A stretch of 64,000 nucleotides of DNA, taken from contig CAWVRN010000008.1 in assembly GCA_963932905.1 (NCBI GenBank), positions 66,047-130,046 on the forward strand, given 5' to 3'. This DNA is from an uncultured Bdellovibrio sp. (lineage in GTDB: Bacteria; Bdellovibrionota; Bdellovibrionia; Bdellovibrionales; Bdellovibrionaceae). Below are positions 39,066 through 49,031 of the stretch, one piece after another. Made by a program: the position numbers and the translations under genes. Position 1 is the stretch's first letter. Each line of letters starts with the position of its first letter. The notes under the pieces are model-generated. The model worked only from the letters and a program-made list of their open reading frames with translations, searched no databases and had not been told where the DNA came from.

Positions 39066-41813
39066 TTAGTACTTCATTACAGTTTGAATAAATTCGTTTT
39101 GTTCTACTTTATGGCGATACACAGAACCTGTGGCCGGGCTTGAACGCTCTGGACGGCCAACATACTCTAGATCCCACTTTAGTTTTTCGCGTTTGAACAA
39201 GTCTTGGAACTTAAAGTAAACATGTTGATAAGCACCCATGTTTTTAGGTTCTTCTTGAGCCCAAACTACATTTTTCAAATTCGGGAACGATTTTAATGCC
39301 TCCAAAATTTGTTTTTCTGCAAATGGGTAGATTTGTTCCATACGGATAAGAACGATATTGTCTTTCTTTTGTTTCTCTTTTTCTTCTAATAATTCGTAAT
39401 ACAATTTACCAGAAACAAAAACCGCAGTGTTGACCTTCTTAGCATCAGCCTTGTCGACGATGACTTCTTGGAATGTACCTTGCCCAAGTTCTTCTAACGA
39501 AGAAACGGCTTTTGGATGACGGAGCAAAGATTTCGGTGACATAACGATTAATGGTTTTCTGAATTCACGTTTAATTTGTCTGCGCATAGCATGGAAAATT
39601 TGCGCTGGTGTTGTTAAGTTCACAACTTGCATATTTCCTTGAGCACATAGTTGTAACCAGCGTTCTAATCGCGCGCTTGAATGTTCAGGTCCTTGTCCTT
39701 CATAGCCGTGAGGCAATAATAGAACTAACCCTGTCATTTGCATCCATTTAGATTCACCAGATGATAGGAATTGATCGATAATAATTTGAGCACCGTTCGA
39801 GAAGTCTCCAAATTGCGCTTCCCAAATAGTTAAGAATGTAGGATCGCACGCCGCATTTCCATATTCGAAACCAAGAACTGCGTATTCAGACAAGATAGAA
39901 TCGTAAACGCAGAATTCAACTTTGTCGCCGTTCACTTGATCAAGTGCTGCGTAAGGCTCACCATTTTTGAAATCGTAAAGACCTGCATGACGGTGAGTGA
40001 ATGTTCCGCGAACGCAATCTTGACCTGATAAACGAACCGAAGTTCCTTCTGACAATAAAGATCCGTAAGCCAGTAATTCAGCCATACCCCAATCCAGCGG
40101 TTGCTTGCCTTCGGCCATGGCACGGCGAGTTTCAAGCAAACCTTTTACTAATTTAGGGTGCGGCGTAAAGCCAGCTGGTACTTCCGATAATTTCTTACCA
40201 AGGTCTTTTAAAACCGAAACATCAACTTGAGTGTTAACTGGTTTATCTAAATCGGCACGAGATCCTTTGCGGAATCCTTTCCAGAAGCCATCGAATTTGA
40301 ATGGTTTTGCTTTCGGAGGATTCTTTTTCGTGTCGTCGTAGATTTTCTGCAAGTTATCCATCTTTTCTTGATAGAAATTTTCCATATATTTTGGATCTAA
40401 GGTATTTTCACGAGCTAACTGTTTACCGTAGATATCTTTTAATGTGGGATGACCTTTGATGATTTCATACATTAGAGGTTGAGTGTAAGCAGGTTCATCG
40501 CCCTCGTTGTGTCCAAATCGGCGGTAGCAGATCATATTGATCACGATATCGCGGCCCCATTCTTGGCGGAATTTAATAGCGATCTCAAGTGCGCGAACAC
40601 AAGATTCAGCATCATCACCATTTACGTGGATCACTGGAGTTGCTAAAACTTTCGCAACATCAGATGAATAGTGGGATGATCTGTGATTTTCAGGGTTTGT
40701 TGTGAAACCAACTTGGTTATCGATCACGATGTGAAGTGTTCCGCCGACGGTGTAACCTTTAACCTGGGACATTTGGAATGTTTCAAGAACAACACCTTGG
40801 CCCGCGAACGCCGCATCCCCGTGGATTAATACCGGGATAACTTTTTTACGATCTTTAGTGTCTTTTCTGCGACGTTGAGCCGCACGCACCATACCTAAAA
40901 CTACTGGATTTACTGCTTCTAGGTGAGATGGGTTGTAAGCCAAAGTCACCTGGCATGTTGGGCCATTAGCCGTTTCTTTATGAGCTACGTAACCTAAGTG
41001 ATATTTGACGTCGCCATCGAAATCATCGATAGGTTCTGCTAATTCAGTAGGGCCATTGAAATCACCAAATATGTACTCAAGACCCTTACCCATAAAGTTC
41101 GCTAGAACATTCACGCGACCACGATGGGCCATACCGATAACGATCTCTTCAAATTTATACTGAGGACTTTTTTGAACCAAAGTTTCCAGCATCGGCATCA
41201 AAGCATCACCACCTTCTACCGAGAAACGTTTTGTTCCTACATAGCGAGTATGGATGAATTTTTCTAAAGCTTCCGTGCGAGCCAATGAATGAAATACTTC
41301 TTTCTTTTCGTTCGCTGTTAATTTGAATTTTGGATTTTCTAATTCAAATTCGCGAATGAACCAGTTACGAACTTCAGGCAGCGCTTCGGCGCACTGGACG
41401 GATAATTTACCGCAGTAAATTTGTCTCAAAGCCGCAATGATTTCTTTTAACGATGAATTGGGCTTACCAATCATGGAACCGATTTGAAACGTCGTATTTA
41501 AATCTTTTTCTGATAAATTAAATTTCTTAAGGGCCAACTGTTCACTAGAAGGCGCTGTGTTTGACAACGGATCTAGTGAGGCTTCAAAATGACCGTAATT
41601 TCGGTACGCTTGAATTAAGTGGTACACGTCTAATTCTTTTTCAGATAGACCAGATGTACCTGTTTGTCCAAACTCTAAGCCTTCAAAGAAGCGTCTCCAT
41701 TCAATGTTAACAGCATCAGGGTTTTGTTTGTATTCTACGAAAAGTGAATCGATGTATTCTACATTCGATTGATTCACAGGACTTGAAAAACCATTGCGTT
41801 GGTTTGTGCTCAT
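39066..41813 (-). CDS. sucA: 2-oxoglutarate dehydrogenase E1
   Basis: [49 protein letters not shown]. Start moved to the ATG at 41813 (AAGGA upstream). Confidence 0.97.
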   Translation of the reverse strand: MSTNQRNGFSSPVNQSNVEYIDSLFVEYKQNPDAVNIEWRRFFEGLEFGQTGTSGLSEKELDVYHLIQAYRNYGHFEASLDPLSNTAPSSEQLALKKFNLSEKDLNTTFQIGSMIGKPNSSLKEIIAALRQIYCGKLSVQCAEALPEVRNWFIREFELENPKFKLTANEKKEVFHSLARTEALEKFIHTRYVGTKRFSVEGGDALMPMLETLVQKSPQYKFEEIVIGMAHRGRVNVLANFMGKGLEYIFGDFNGPTELAEPIDDFDGDVKYHLGYVAHKETANGPTCQVTLAYNPSHLEAVNPVVLGMVRAAQRRRKDTKDRKKVIPVLIHGDAAFAGQGVVLETFQMSQVKGYTVGGTLHIVIDNQVGFTTNPENHRSSHYSSDVAKVLATPVIHVNGDDAESCVRALEIAIKFRQEWGRDIVINMICYRRFGHNEGDEPAYTQPLMYEIIKGHPTLKDIYGKQLARENTLDPKYMENFYQEKMDNLQKIYDDTKKNPPKAKPFKFDGFWKGFRKGSRADLDKPVNTQVDVSVLKDLGKKLSEVPAGFTPHPKLVKGLLETRRAMAEGKQPLDWGMAELLAYGSLLSEGTSVRLSGQDCVRGTFTHRHAGLYDFKNGEPYAALDQVNGDKVEFCVYDSILSEYAVLGFEYGNAACDPTFLTIWEAQFGDFSNGAQIIIDQFLSSGESKWMQMTGLVLLLPHGYEGQGPEHSSARLERWLQLCAQGNMQVVNLTTPAQIFHAMRRQIKREFRKPLIVMSPKSLLRHPKAVSSLEELGQGTFQEVIVDKADAKKVNTAVFVSGKLYYELLEEKEKQKKDNIVLIRMEQIYPFAEKQILEALKSFPNLKNVVWAQEEPKNMGAYQHVYFKFQDLFKREKLKWDLEYVGRPERSSPATGSVYRHKVEQNEFIQTVMKY

Positions 41814-42071
41814 GGCGGTGGTTCCTTTCAATAAAAAGCGACGGGGCATCGTTTCGCGGGACTACATTCTCGCAAAATCCCGAAGAGTTCAATGTTGACC
41901 GCTATTTAATGCGATATTTAACAAATGACATCATAACTTTGTTTTTAGACCATTTGTACTAGTCAGGTGTCTAATTGTAGAAAAAAAGTTTCTCTTTTTA
42001 GAAAAATTGGATAATTGTACTTTAGGTCTAAGCACTGTGTGTTTTCAGAGACAAAAATCTAGGAGTAATCA

Positions 42072-42818
42072 ATGTACCAACTTGTAGTAGTAAGGCATGG
42101 CGAAAGCATTTGGAATCAAGAGAACAGATTTACTGGTTGGTATGACGTGGGCTTAGCAGAGAAGGGTATTCAGGAGGCAAAAAATGCCGGTATAACCCTT
42201 AAAAAAGAAAAACTGACATTTGATGTGGCTTATACTTCCATGCTTAAACGCGCCATCAAGACTCTTGACTACATTTTAGATGAAATGGATTTAGTGTGGA
42301 TTCCTGTCCACAAAGACTGGCGCTTAAACGAGCGGCACTATGGCAACCTCCAAGGGTTAAACAAAACCGAGATGGTTGAAAAGCATGGTGAGGAACAAGT
42401 AAAGATCTGGCGTCGAAGCTATGATACACCTCCACCGGATATGAGTCCCGATGACGCAAGACACCCTAAAAATGACGTTCGTTACAAGCACGTACCTTTG
42501 CGTGATTTGCCTAATGCAGAGTCATTAAAAGATACACTTCATAGATTCACTCCGCTTTGGAAAGACAAAATCATGACCGACCTAAAGCTAGAGAGAAAAA
42601 TCTTGATCGTGGCGCACGGAAATTCATTGCGTGCTTTGATGATGATTTTGGAAGGTATTTCGCCCGAAGAAATTATGCAGGTGAATGTGCCGACAGGTAT
42701 TCCACTTATGTATCAACTGGATCAAAACTTTAAAGTGACTGGCAAAAAGTACCTGGGTGATGCAGCGGAAATTGAAAAAGCGATCAATTCGGTAGCAAAC
42801 CAAGCAAAGAAAAAATAA
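42072..42818 (+). CDS. gpmA: 2,3-bisphosphoglycerate-dependent phosphoglycerate mutase
   Basis: RHGES.WN.ENRFTGW, LNERHYG, WRRSYD, AHGNSLR. Confidence 0.97.
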   Translation: MYQLVVVRHGESIWNQENRFTGWYDVGLAEKGIQEAKNAGITLKKEKLTFDVAYTSMLKRAIKTLDYILDEMDLVWIPVHKDWRLNERHYGNLQGLNKTEMVEKHGEEQVKIWRRSYDTPPPDMSPDDARHPKNDVRYKHVPLRDLPNAESLKDTLHRFTPLWKDKIMTDLKLERKILIVAHGNSLRALMMILEGISPEEIMQVNVPTGIPLMYQLDQNFKVTGKKYLGDAAEIEKAINSVANQAKKK

Positions 42819-42892
42819 CCAGCGGACCGTTTGACTTTTAAAGGAATCAAAATTCATAATTAAGCATACGCCATTGTGAAAAAGGGGCTACT

Positions 42893-43324
42893 TTGTCAGC
42901 AAAAAGCAGAAAAACGTTTGGTTTTATTTCTCATCCCAGAATTCAATTTAAATATGCCATCCTGAACTCGTTGTTTGTTTCAGGAGTGATTTTGCTTTCA
43001 AATTTGCTGGTTGTGTATCGCCTGCGTAACTATGCCGATAGCCAAAGCGATATTGAAATGGACACTGCGCTTTTATACAACATAACTGACTTTACAATGC
43101 AGATGGGTTTTTTAACATTTCTGATTTCGTTCTTTATCACTTTTGTTTCTACGATCGTGATTACACACAGATTCGTAGGGCCATTTATTTCCATCAATCG
43201 TTATGTGGACAGCATCATTAATGGTAAGTTTGACGAAGGTTTAAACTTGCGTACATCGGATGAAATGCACGAGATCGCCGGCAAGCTTAAAACTCTGGGC
43301 GATCGTTTAAAAGCTAAAACTTAA
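42893..43324 (+). CDS. Small two-TM membrane protein with a C-terminal HAMP-like domain
   Basis: Two TMs, then THRFVGPF...G......LRTSDEMHEIA; same layout as 12921-13343. TTG start with AGGGG upstream. Confidence 0.7.
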   Translation: MSAKSRKTFGFISHPRIQFKYAILNSLFVSGVILLSNLLVVYRLRNYADSQSDIEMDTALLYNITDFTMQMGFLTFLISFFITFVSTIVITHRFVGPFISINRYVDSIINGKFDEGLNLRTSDEMHEIAGKLKTLGDRLKAKT

Positions 43325-43349
43325 TATTATATCTATTACGTCGTTCGCT

Positions 43350-44042
43350 TTATTTCGGTGCTTCTTTTTTTGGAAGCGTAGGATTTACTGGCGCTCCCGG
43401 AGCTTTTTTCGGTGTCGCGCATCTGTCAGTGTACGAATCATTTTTTGGTTTCAAGTCCGCAGTTTTAATAATATTTCCAACTTGTTGATTAAATCCCTTA
43501 TAGAAAGATAAGCCGGTACCTTCCTGAATTTTAATACTAGGCGCTTTCATAAATGCATCACCAGCATTTTCTACCTTTGCTTTCTGAAACGATTTATCTG
43601 ACATGTGTCTGAGCTCTTGAGTAACCGTTAACAAATCGTCTTTAGGACGCTTTTTACAATTGTCCAGCGCTGTTTCCGCGTAGCTAACAACTTTTACTCT
43701 GTAGTCTTTACTTGTTGTAGTCAGAGAGTGAAAGCAAGCTGGCAGCTTGCTGCTAGTTTTGGAAATGTTTCCGATCACAGTGTCGCCATCAGGAAATTTA
43801 ATTTGAAAGTTTTCACCCTCGGTACCGTCAGGAAGAGTTTCTTTAACCAGTGAGATTTCTAAATTATCACGGATCATTACCGTAGTGCAGCTTTTGGGAT
43901 TTAGAAAAAGTGTTCCCTTGTCGGACTCACTTAGTTTTATAAAAGTAGGATCGACTTTATGTCCTGACTGAGTCGGCGGTAATTTGTTGGCAAACGATAG
44001 TAACGAGATCAACGTCAATAGTGTCATGATTTGGTATTTCAT
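43350..44042 (-). CDS. Hypothetical secreted protein
   Basis: GGAG before the ATG at 44042; signal peptide (SFA|N); four Cys. Confidence 0.7.
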   Translation of the reverse strand: MKYQIMTLLTLISLLSFANKLPPTQSGHKVDPTFIKLSESDKGTLFLNPKSCTTVMIRDNLEISLVKETLPDGTEGENFQIKFPDGDTVIGNISKTSSKLPACFHSLTTTSKDYRVKVVSYAETALDNCKKRPKDDLLTVTQELRHMSDKSFQKAKVENAGDAFMKAPSIKIQEGTGLSFYKGFNQQVGNIIKTADLKPKNDSYTDRCATPKKAPGAPVNPTLPKKEAPK

Positions 44043-44059
44043 AAAATCTCCCATCTATT

Positions 44060-44086
44060 CTTTCGGATTGCTTGATCTTGGATTGA
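44060..44086 (-). promoter_or_regulatory. Candidate sigma-28 (FliA) promoter
   Basis: Minus strand TCAA-N15-TCCGAAAG, 17 nt upstream of the ATG at 44042. Confidence 0.55.
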
Positions 44087-44107
44087 GTCTAGGATTAGGA
44101 TAAGTCT

Positions 44108-45343
44108 GTGATTTTAATCAAAGATGCGAAACAAATTCTGACTTTAGCGGGCGCTGCCAAGAAAGGTGCTCGACATACACTAGACCAAGATCTTACGGCT
44201 TTATCCGGCCATGCGATATTAATCGAAAAAAACAGAATCAAATGGATTGGGCCACAGAAGGAAATTCCTAAAACTTCGTATAAAAAAATCAAAAAAGAAA
44301 TCTCCGCAAAAAATAAAGTCGTGATGCCAGCATTCACTGAATGTCATACGCACACGGTTTTCGCGGGTGAACGCTATACCGAGTTTGAAATGAGAAACAC
44401 CGGGGTAAGCTATCAAGAAATTGCGGCCCGTGGTGGTGGAATTTTGTCGTCACGTAAGGCGGTCGCGGCTACATCGAAAACCGAATTATTGAAACTAACT
44501 CAAAAACGTGTTGATAAATTTATTCAGCAAGGTGTGGCTACGATCGAAATAAAAAGCGGCTACGGGTTAGATTTAGAAAATGAAATTAAATCGCTTGAAG
44601 TCGTGAAAAAACTTAAGGGCGCCAATTTTGTTAAAACATTTTTAGGTGCCCATGCGATTCCCAAAGAATTTGGTTCAGCGAAAGAATACCTGGCCTTTCT
44701 TGGCGAGTTCATCTATCCGGAAATCAAACGAAAAAAGTTAGCCGATCGCGTGGACATCTTTATCGAAAAAGGTTTCTTTTCGACCGAAGTGAGCCGATCG
44801 TATTTGGAATTAGGAAAAAAATTAGGACTTGATGTTGTTATTCATGCGGATCAGTTGTCACTGAGCGGTGGAACTGAACTTGCCATTGAGCTTGGTGCAT
44901 TGTCTGCCGACCACATTATTCAAATTCAAGACAATGAAATTAAAAAATTAGCGAAATCAGAAGTGACGGGTGTGTTGCTACCTCTTGCAGATTTATATAT
45001 GAAGTGCGCCTATCCGCCGGCTAGAAAATTGATTGATGCCGGAGCTCGAGTCGCCGTATCGACCGACTTCAATCCTGGTTCATGTCCTTCACAAGATGTG
45101 CAGATGACGGGACTACTGGCTCGGTTAGAAATGAAAATGTCGTTACCTGAAGTGATCGTGGCCTACACTCTTGGAGCTTCATATGCTTTGAAACGTCAAG
45201 CGACAGAGGGATCTCTCGAGGTCGGTAAGAGCGCACAATTAATATTTCTTGAGGATTCCTATGCGGGATTGTTTTATTCCTCGACGGAAACCTGCGTGAC
45301 TCATCGGTTTTTCGATGAAACGCTGGAGAAACTCACTAAATAA
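44108..45343 (+). CDS. hutI: Imidazolonepropionase
   Basis: ECHTHTVFAG, YQEIAARGGGI, EIKSGYGL, FLGAHA, HADQL, SADH, TDFNPGS. Confidence 0.95.
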   Translation: MILIKDAKQILTLAGAAKKGARHTLDQDLTALSGHAILIEKNRIKWIGPQKEIPKTSYKKIKKEISAKNKVVMPAFTECHTHTVFAGERYTEFEMRNTGVSYQEIAARGGGILSSRKAVAATSKTELLKLTQKRVDKFIQQGVATIEIKSGYGLDLENEIKSLEVVKKLKGANFVKTFLGAHAIPKEFGSAKEYLAFLGEFIYPEIKRKKLADRVDIFIEKGFFSTEVSRSYLELGKKLGLDVVIHADQLSLSGGTELAIELGALSADHIIQIQDNEIKKLAKSEVTGVLLPLADLYMKCAYPPARKLIDAGARVAVSTDFNPGSCPSQDVQMTGLLARLEMKMSLPEVIVAYTLGASYALKRQATEGSLEVGKSAQLIFLEDSYAGLFYSSTETCVTHRFFDETLEKLTK

Positions 45344-45476
45344 CGCGTGCCACTATATCTTAAATATTCTTAAAAATTTTGTGGACCCCGTTTTAATCCC
45401 TTTCTAAGCTCAAGGTACGGGCACTCTGTGCCAACAGGATAAGGTTAGCCAATTTAATAAGCCAAGGAGCGGCGAA

Positions 45477-45899
45477 ATGAAAAACGGTTATAGTCAGCTG
45501 ATACAATCTAAATATTTTGTGACTGATTTTAATTCGGCGATTTTTGATGGGCCTATCCGTATCTACTTTACCCAAACGCAAGAATCTTTGGCTCTTAAAG
45601 TTTACTTTCATATTCAAAACCGCTTCGCTGCCGAAGTTAAAAAAATAAAAGGCGTTTCTAGCGATGGCAGTTCAAGTTTGTTTATTCTCATTTATCCCAC
45701 GACCGAAACGTTCCAACAATGTTTTGAATCTTGTGAAAAAATGCTAACGGCTGAATGGGAAAACGATATTGTCATCGGTATTAATGAAAGTCTAGACGGT
45801 ATCGATTTTAAATTGTTCGAATCTCAATTCCAACAAGCGTATTCACAATGGGTAAGTCAGAATAAGAAAATCAAACATCATGAAGAGCTTAGTTTATAA
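45477..45899 (+). CDS. Hypothetical protein
   Basis: AAGGAG Shine-Dalgarno; 140-aa ORF; no recognised motif. Confidence 0.7.
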   Translation: MKNGYSQLIQSKYFVTDFNSAIFDGPIRIYFTQTQESLALKVYFHIQNRFAAEVKKIKGVSSDGSSSLFILIYPTTETFQQCFESCEKMLTAEWENDIVIGINESLDGIDFKLFESQFQQAYSQWVSQNKKIKHHEELSL

Positions 45900-46098
45900 A
45901 AATAATCGAGGTCAGTTAATTGTCGAGTATGTTTTGCTGCTTGCGATTGCCGCTGTTGTATCAGGCATCGTTGTTAGCCGGTTAGCTAGTCGTGATCCTG
46001 ATTCTCCAGGAGCCATTGTTTCTGGATGGAGCAAAGTGGTTCAATCTATCGGGACAGACCCAGTCGACGATTGCCTAAAGCCTTCGTGCCCTAATTAA
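45880..46098 (+). CDS. Small pilin-like protein with a class III signal (Flp/TadE-like)
   Basis: NNRG|QLIVEYVLLLAIAAVV (Glu5-Tyr6), 72 aa, C-terminal Cys pair. Confidence 0.75.
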   Translation: MKSLVYKNNRGQLIVEYVLLLAIAAVVSGIVVSRLASRDPDSPGAIVSGWSKVVQSIGTDPVDDCLKPSCPN

Positions 46099-46102
46099 AC
46101 TT

Positions 46103-46846
46103 TTAAAAGTAGATAGATCCCCGTTTTCTAATTTCAATGTTCATACGTTCTTGCATAAGTTCTTGAATGTCTGATGCTATTTCATGAATGAATGTATTGT
46201 CCTCTAAAATCGTTACATCATAAGGCAGATAGATCGGCTCAAGAAAAACAATTTTCCATTTTGCTGGGAGCGGAACCAGATTCAATGGCAAAGGCAGTTT
46301 TAAGCCTTTGAAGATGGTTTTCATCGTTAGTTGCTTGATAGTAAAATTTGTCTCTTCGGCGCCGATAATGAGAACGGGTACGATCGGGGATTGAGTTTCA
46401 ATCGCCATCCGAATAAAACCCCGTTTGAATTCTTGAAGCGTGTACATCTTGCGAGATGATTTAAAGTTACCAGCTTCACCCTCTGGGAAAATCACCACGG
46501 CATTTTTTCGTTTCAGAAATTGTAGACCGTTTTCATAGGTGGCTTCGAAAAATCCCATTTTTTTTGCCGCTTTTTCGGTAAAGTCGGTTGTGAACCACAA
46601 TTTGTGGGTTAATACCCTGGGAACGCGTTTAACCTCGTTCACCAGAACGTGGTTCAGCATAACAGCGTCTAAGCCTGAAAAACCAGAATGATTAGGAGCA
46701 ATGATAGCTGAACCCGTCTTGGGCACAAGGTGAACGTTCTCGACTTCTAAGCGGAAATAGAGCTTTAAAAGTTTGAGAAGCTGGTTTGGGAGAGTCTTAA
46801 AATAAAAGCTCTCATTCTTGATTTTTTTTAGCTTATCATCAAACAT
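46103..46846 (-). CDS. Lysophospholipid/glycerol acyltransferase (PlsC superfamily)
   Basis: NHSGFSGLD (HxxxxD variant), IFPEG, GFIRMA, PIVPV. Confidence 0.88.
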   Translation of the reverse strand: MFDDKLKKIKNESFYFKTLPNQLLKLLKLYFRLEVENVHLVPKTGSAIIAPNHSGFSGLDAVMLNHVLVNEVKRVPRVLTHKLWFTTDFTEKAAKKMGFFEATYENGLQFLKRKNAVVIFPEGEAGNFKSSRKMYTLQEFKRGFIRMAIETQSPIVPVLIIGAEETNFTIKQLTMKTIFKGLKLPLPLNLVPLPAKWKIVFLEPIYLPYDVTILEDNTFIHEIASDIQELMQERMNIEIRKRGSIYF

Positions 46847-46853
46847 ATACTAT

Positions 46854-48347
46854 ATGTCTAAATATATAATCTCGATCGATCAAGGAACAACTTCATCAAG
46901 GGTCTGTCTTTTCAATAAAAATGGACAATTGGTGGATCAAGTGCAGAAAGAGTTTCGTCAAATTTTTCCTAAACCAGATTGGGTCGAGCATGATGCCGAA
47001 GAGATTTGGCAAACAGTCGTTTATTGCCTTAAAGAAATTTTAACCAAATACTCGGCAGCTGATATTGATTCTGTGGGTATAACAAATCAGCGCGAAACAG
47101 TTGTCCTGTGGGACAAGCAAACGGGCAAACCGGTTCACAATGCTATCGTCTGGCAAGACAAACGAACAGACAAGATTTGCTCGAAGCTGCGCAAGGCGAA
47201 TGGTAAATATGTAAAAGCAGTCACTGGACTAGTGATTGATCCCTATTTCTCAGGAACAAAAATACGTTGGATGTTAGATAATGTTTTAGAAACAAAATCT
47301 TTATTGAAAGAAAAACGATTGCTAGCGGGAACAATCGATACATATCTGATTTGGAAACTAACGAAAGGGGCGGTGCACGCGACGGATGTATCGAACGCCT
47401 CAAGAACTTTATTGATGAGTTTAAAAACACGTGAATGGGATGCCAAGTGTTTAAAAATATTTGGTGTGCCAGCGTCTGTATTGCCCGAGATCAGAAAATC
47501 AAATTCCTTTTTCGGTGCTATTGAATGTAATGAAATTAGAAATCTGCTATCAAAAGCGTTGAATATTCATGGTGTGGCAGGGGATCAGCAGGCCGCCCTA
47601 TTTGGACAGGTGTGTTTTGAAAAAGGCATGTCTAAATGTACGTTCGGTACCGGCAGTTTTATTTTGTACAATATTGGCAATCAAATTAAATACTCCAATT
47701 CGGGATTACTAACAACAATAGCGTGGGAACTAGAAGGCGAGAAACCATTCTATGCATTTGAAGGGGGTGCATTTGTTTGTGGCGCTGCCGTCGGATGGCT
47801 ACGTGATAATCTTGGCATATTGAAGGAATCTAAAGAAATCGAAGCGATGGCCTTGCAAGTGGAAACTACCGAGGGAGTCATTTTTGTTTCCGCACTTTCG
47901 GGTTTGGGCGCGCCCTATTGGAAAGACAATGCGAAAGGCCGCATTGTTGGACTAACACGAAAATCCAACAAATACCATTTGGCTCGCGCTACGCTGGAAT
48001 CCATGTCGCTTCAGAATCTAGATATCATCAAAGTGATGGAGAAAGAATCGGGTAAAAAACTTTTGGAATTAAAAACAGACGGTGGTGCAGCTAAGAACAA
48101 TTTGCTGATGCAATTTCAATCCGATTTTCTTCAAAAGAAAGTTTTGCGAGCTCATGTTGTTGAAACGACGGCATTAGGTGCTGCGTTCTTGTCAGGCCTG
48201 GGCAGTGGTTTTTGGAAATCAAAATCGGAATTAAAATCCACCTGGAAATGGGACAAAGAATTCTTCCCTAAAAAGAAATCAAAGGGTATTGCGGAAACGA
48301 TTCGAAATTGGGATCGTGCCGTACGCCATTTGATAGAGGAACTATAG
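46854..48347 (+). CDS. glpK: Glycerol kinase
   Basis: MSKYIISIDQGTTSSR, GITNQRET, DPYFSGTK, TDVSNASRT, GDQQAALFGQ, DGGA. Start moved to the ATG at 46854. Confidence 0.96.
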   Translation: MSKYIISIDQGTTSSRVCLFNKNGQLVDQVQKEFRQIFPKPDWVEHDAEEIWQTVVYCLKEILTKYSAADIDSVGITNQRETVVLWDKQTGKPVHNAIVWQDKRTDKICSKLRKANGKYVKAVTGLVIDPYFSGTKIRWMLDNVLETKSLLKEKRLLAGTIDTYLIWKLTKGAVHATDVSNASRTLLMSLKTREWDAKCLKIFGVPASVLPEIRKSNSFFGAIECNEIRNLLSKALNIHGVAGDQQAALFGQVCFEKGMSKCTFGTGSFILYNIGNQIKYSNSGLLTTIAWELEGEKPFYAFEGGAFVCGAAVGWLRDNLGILKESKEIEAMALQVETTEGVIFVSALSGLGAPYWKDNAKGRIVGLTRKSNKYHLARATLESMSLQNLDIIKVMEKESGKKLLELKTDGGAAKNNLLMQFQSDFLQKKVLRAHVVETTALGAAFLSGLGSGFWKSKSELKSTWKWDKEFFPKKKSKGIAETIRNWDRAVRHLIEEL

Positions 48348-49031
48348 TTGGAAAATGTTTTTAAAAAACTTTCAGACGAAGAGCGGGAAGCGATTTTACT
48401 AAAAGGCTTAAAAGAAAAAGCCTTTTTCGTTTTTAAACTGCCGGCTCGAATAATCAAGACAAAACTGTTAAGTCTTAATCGTGCTAGTTATATTATGTGT
48501 AGTCGTCCATCCAGTATTCATACGTTAAGAACTCGGCAGGAAGTGATTGTGATTATGGTTCTTAACGACGAACGATATTTTTTTAAATCGATGGCCTTTG
48601 TAGCGGAAGGAGCTTTAGTTTTTAAACGTAAAGTGGATTTTTACCACCTTATTCGCCGTCGTAATAAGCGTTTGAAGATACCGCAGGCGTATCCCGCAAA
48701 TTTAATGATTAAACGTATGAATAATAGTTTAGCTTTTTTAAGAACATTGATGTTCGATTTTTCTGAATCGGGCTGTCGAGTGGGATTGAATACCGAACTG
48801 CCAAAAATTGAAATTGGGGACGAACTGGTGGGTAATTTGCGAATGGGCGACCGTAGATCGGTTGAAGTCACTGGTGTCGTTAAACATGCGACACGAACTA
48901 AATCGGGCGCGATTCGGCAAACTTTGGGTTTGGAATTTAAATTTCCAGAAGATCAATCAACAACACAGGTAAAGAATTTATTTTTGGATTTACAGCGAGA
49001 ACTCTTTGTTGAATTTTATGGCAAGCGATGA
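48348..49031 (+). CDS. PilZ-domain (YcgR-like) c-di-GMP receptor
   Basis: RRRNKR (RxxxR) and DFSESG (DxSxxG); TTG start abuts the glpK stop. Confidence 0.85.
   Translation: MENVFKKLSDEEREAILLKGLKEKAFFVFKLPARIIKTKLLSLNRASYIMCSRPSSIHTLRTRQEVIVIMVLNDERYFFKSMAFVAEGALVFKRKVDFYHLIRRRNKRLKIPQAYPANLMIKRMNNSLAFLRTLMFDFSESGCRVGLNTELPKIEIGDELVGNLRMGDRRSVEVTGVVKHATRTKSGAIRQTLGLEFKFPEDQSTTQVKNLFLDLQRELFVEFYGKR

Noticed and set aside
45340..45360. TGGCAC on the minus strand as a sigma-54 promoter
   Set aside because: No TTGC at the -12 position, and it would read antisense into hutI.
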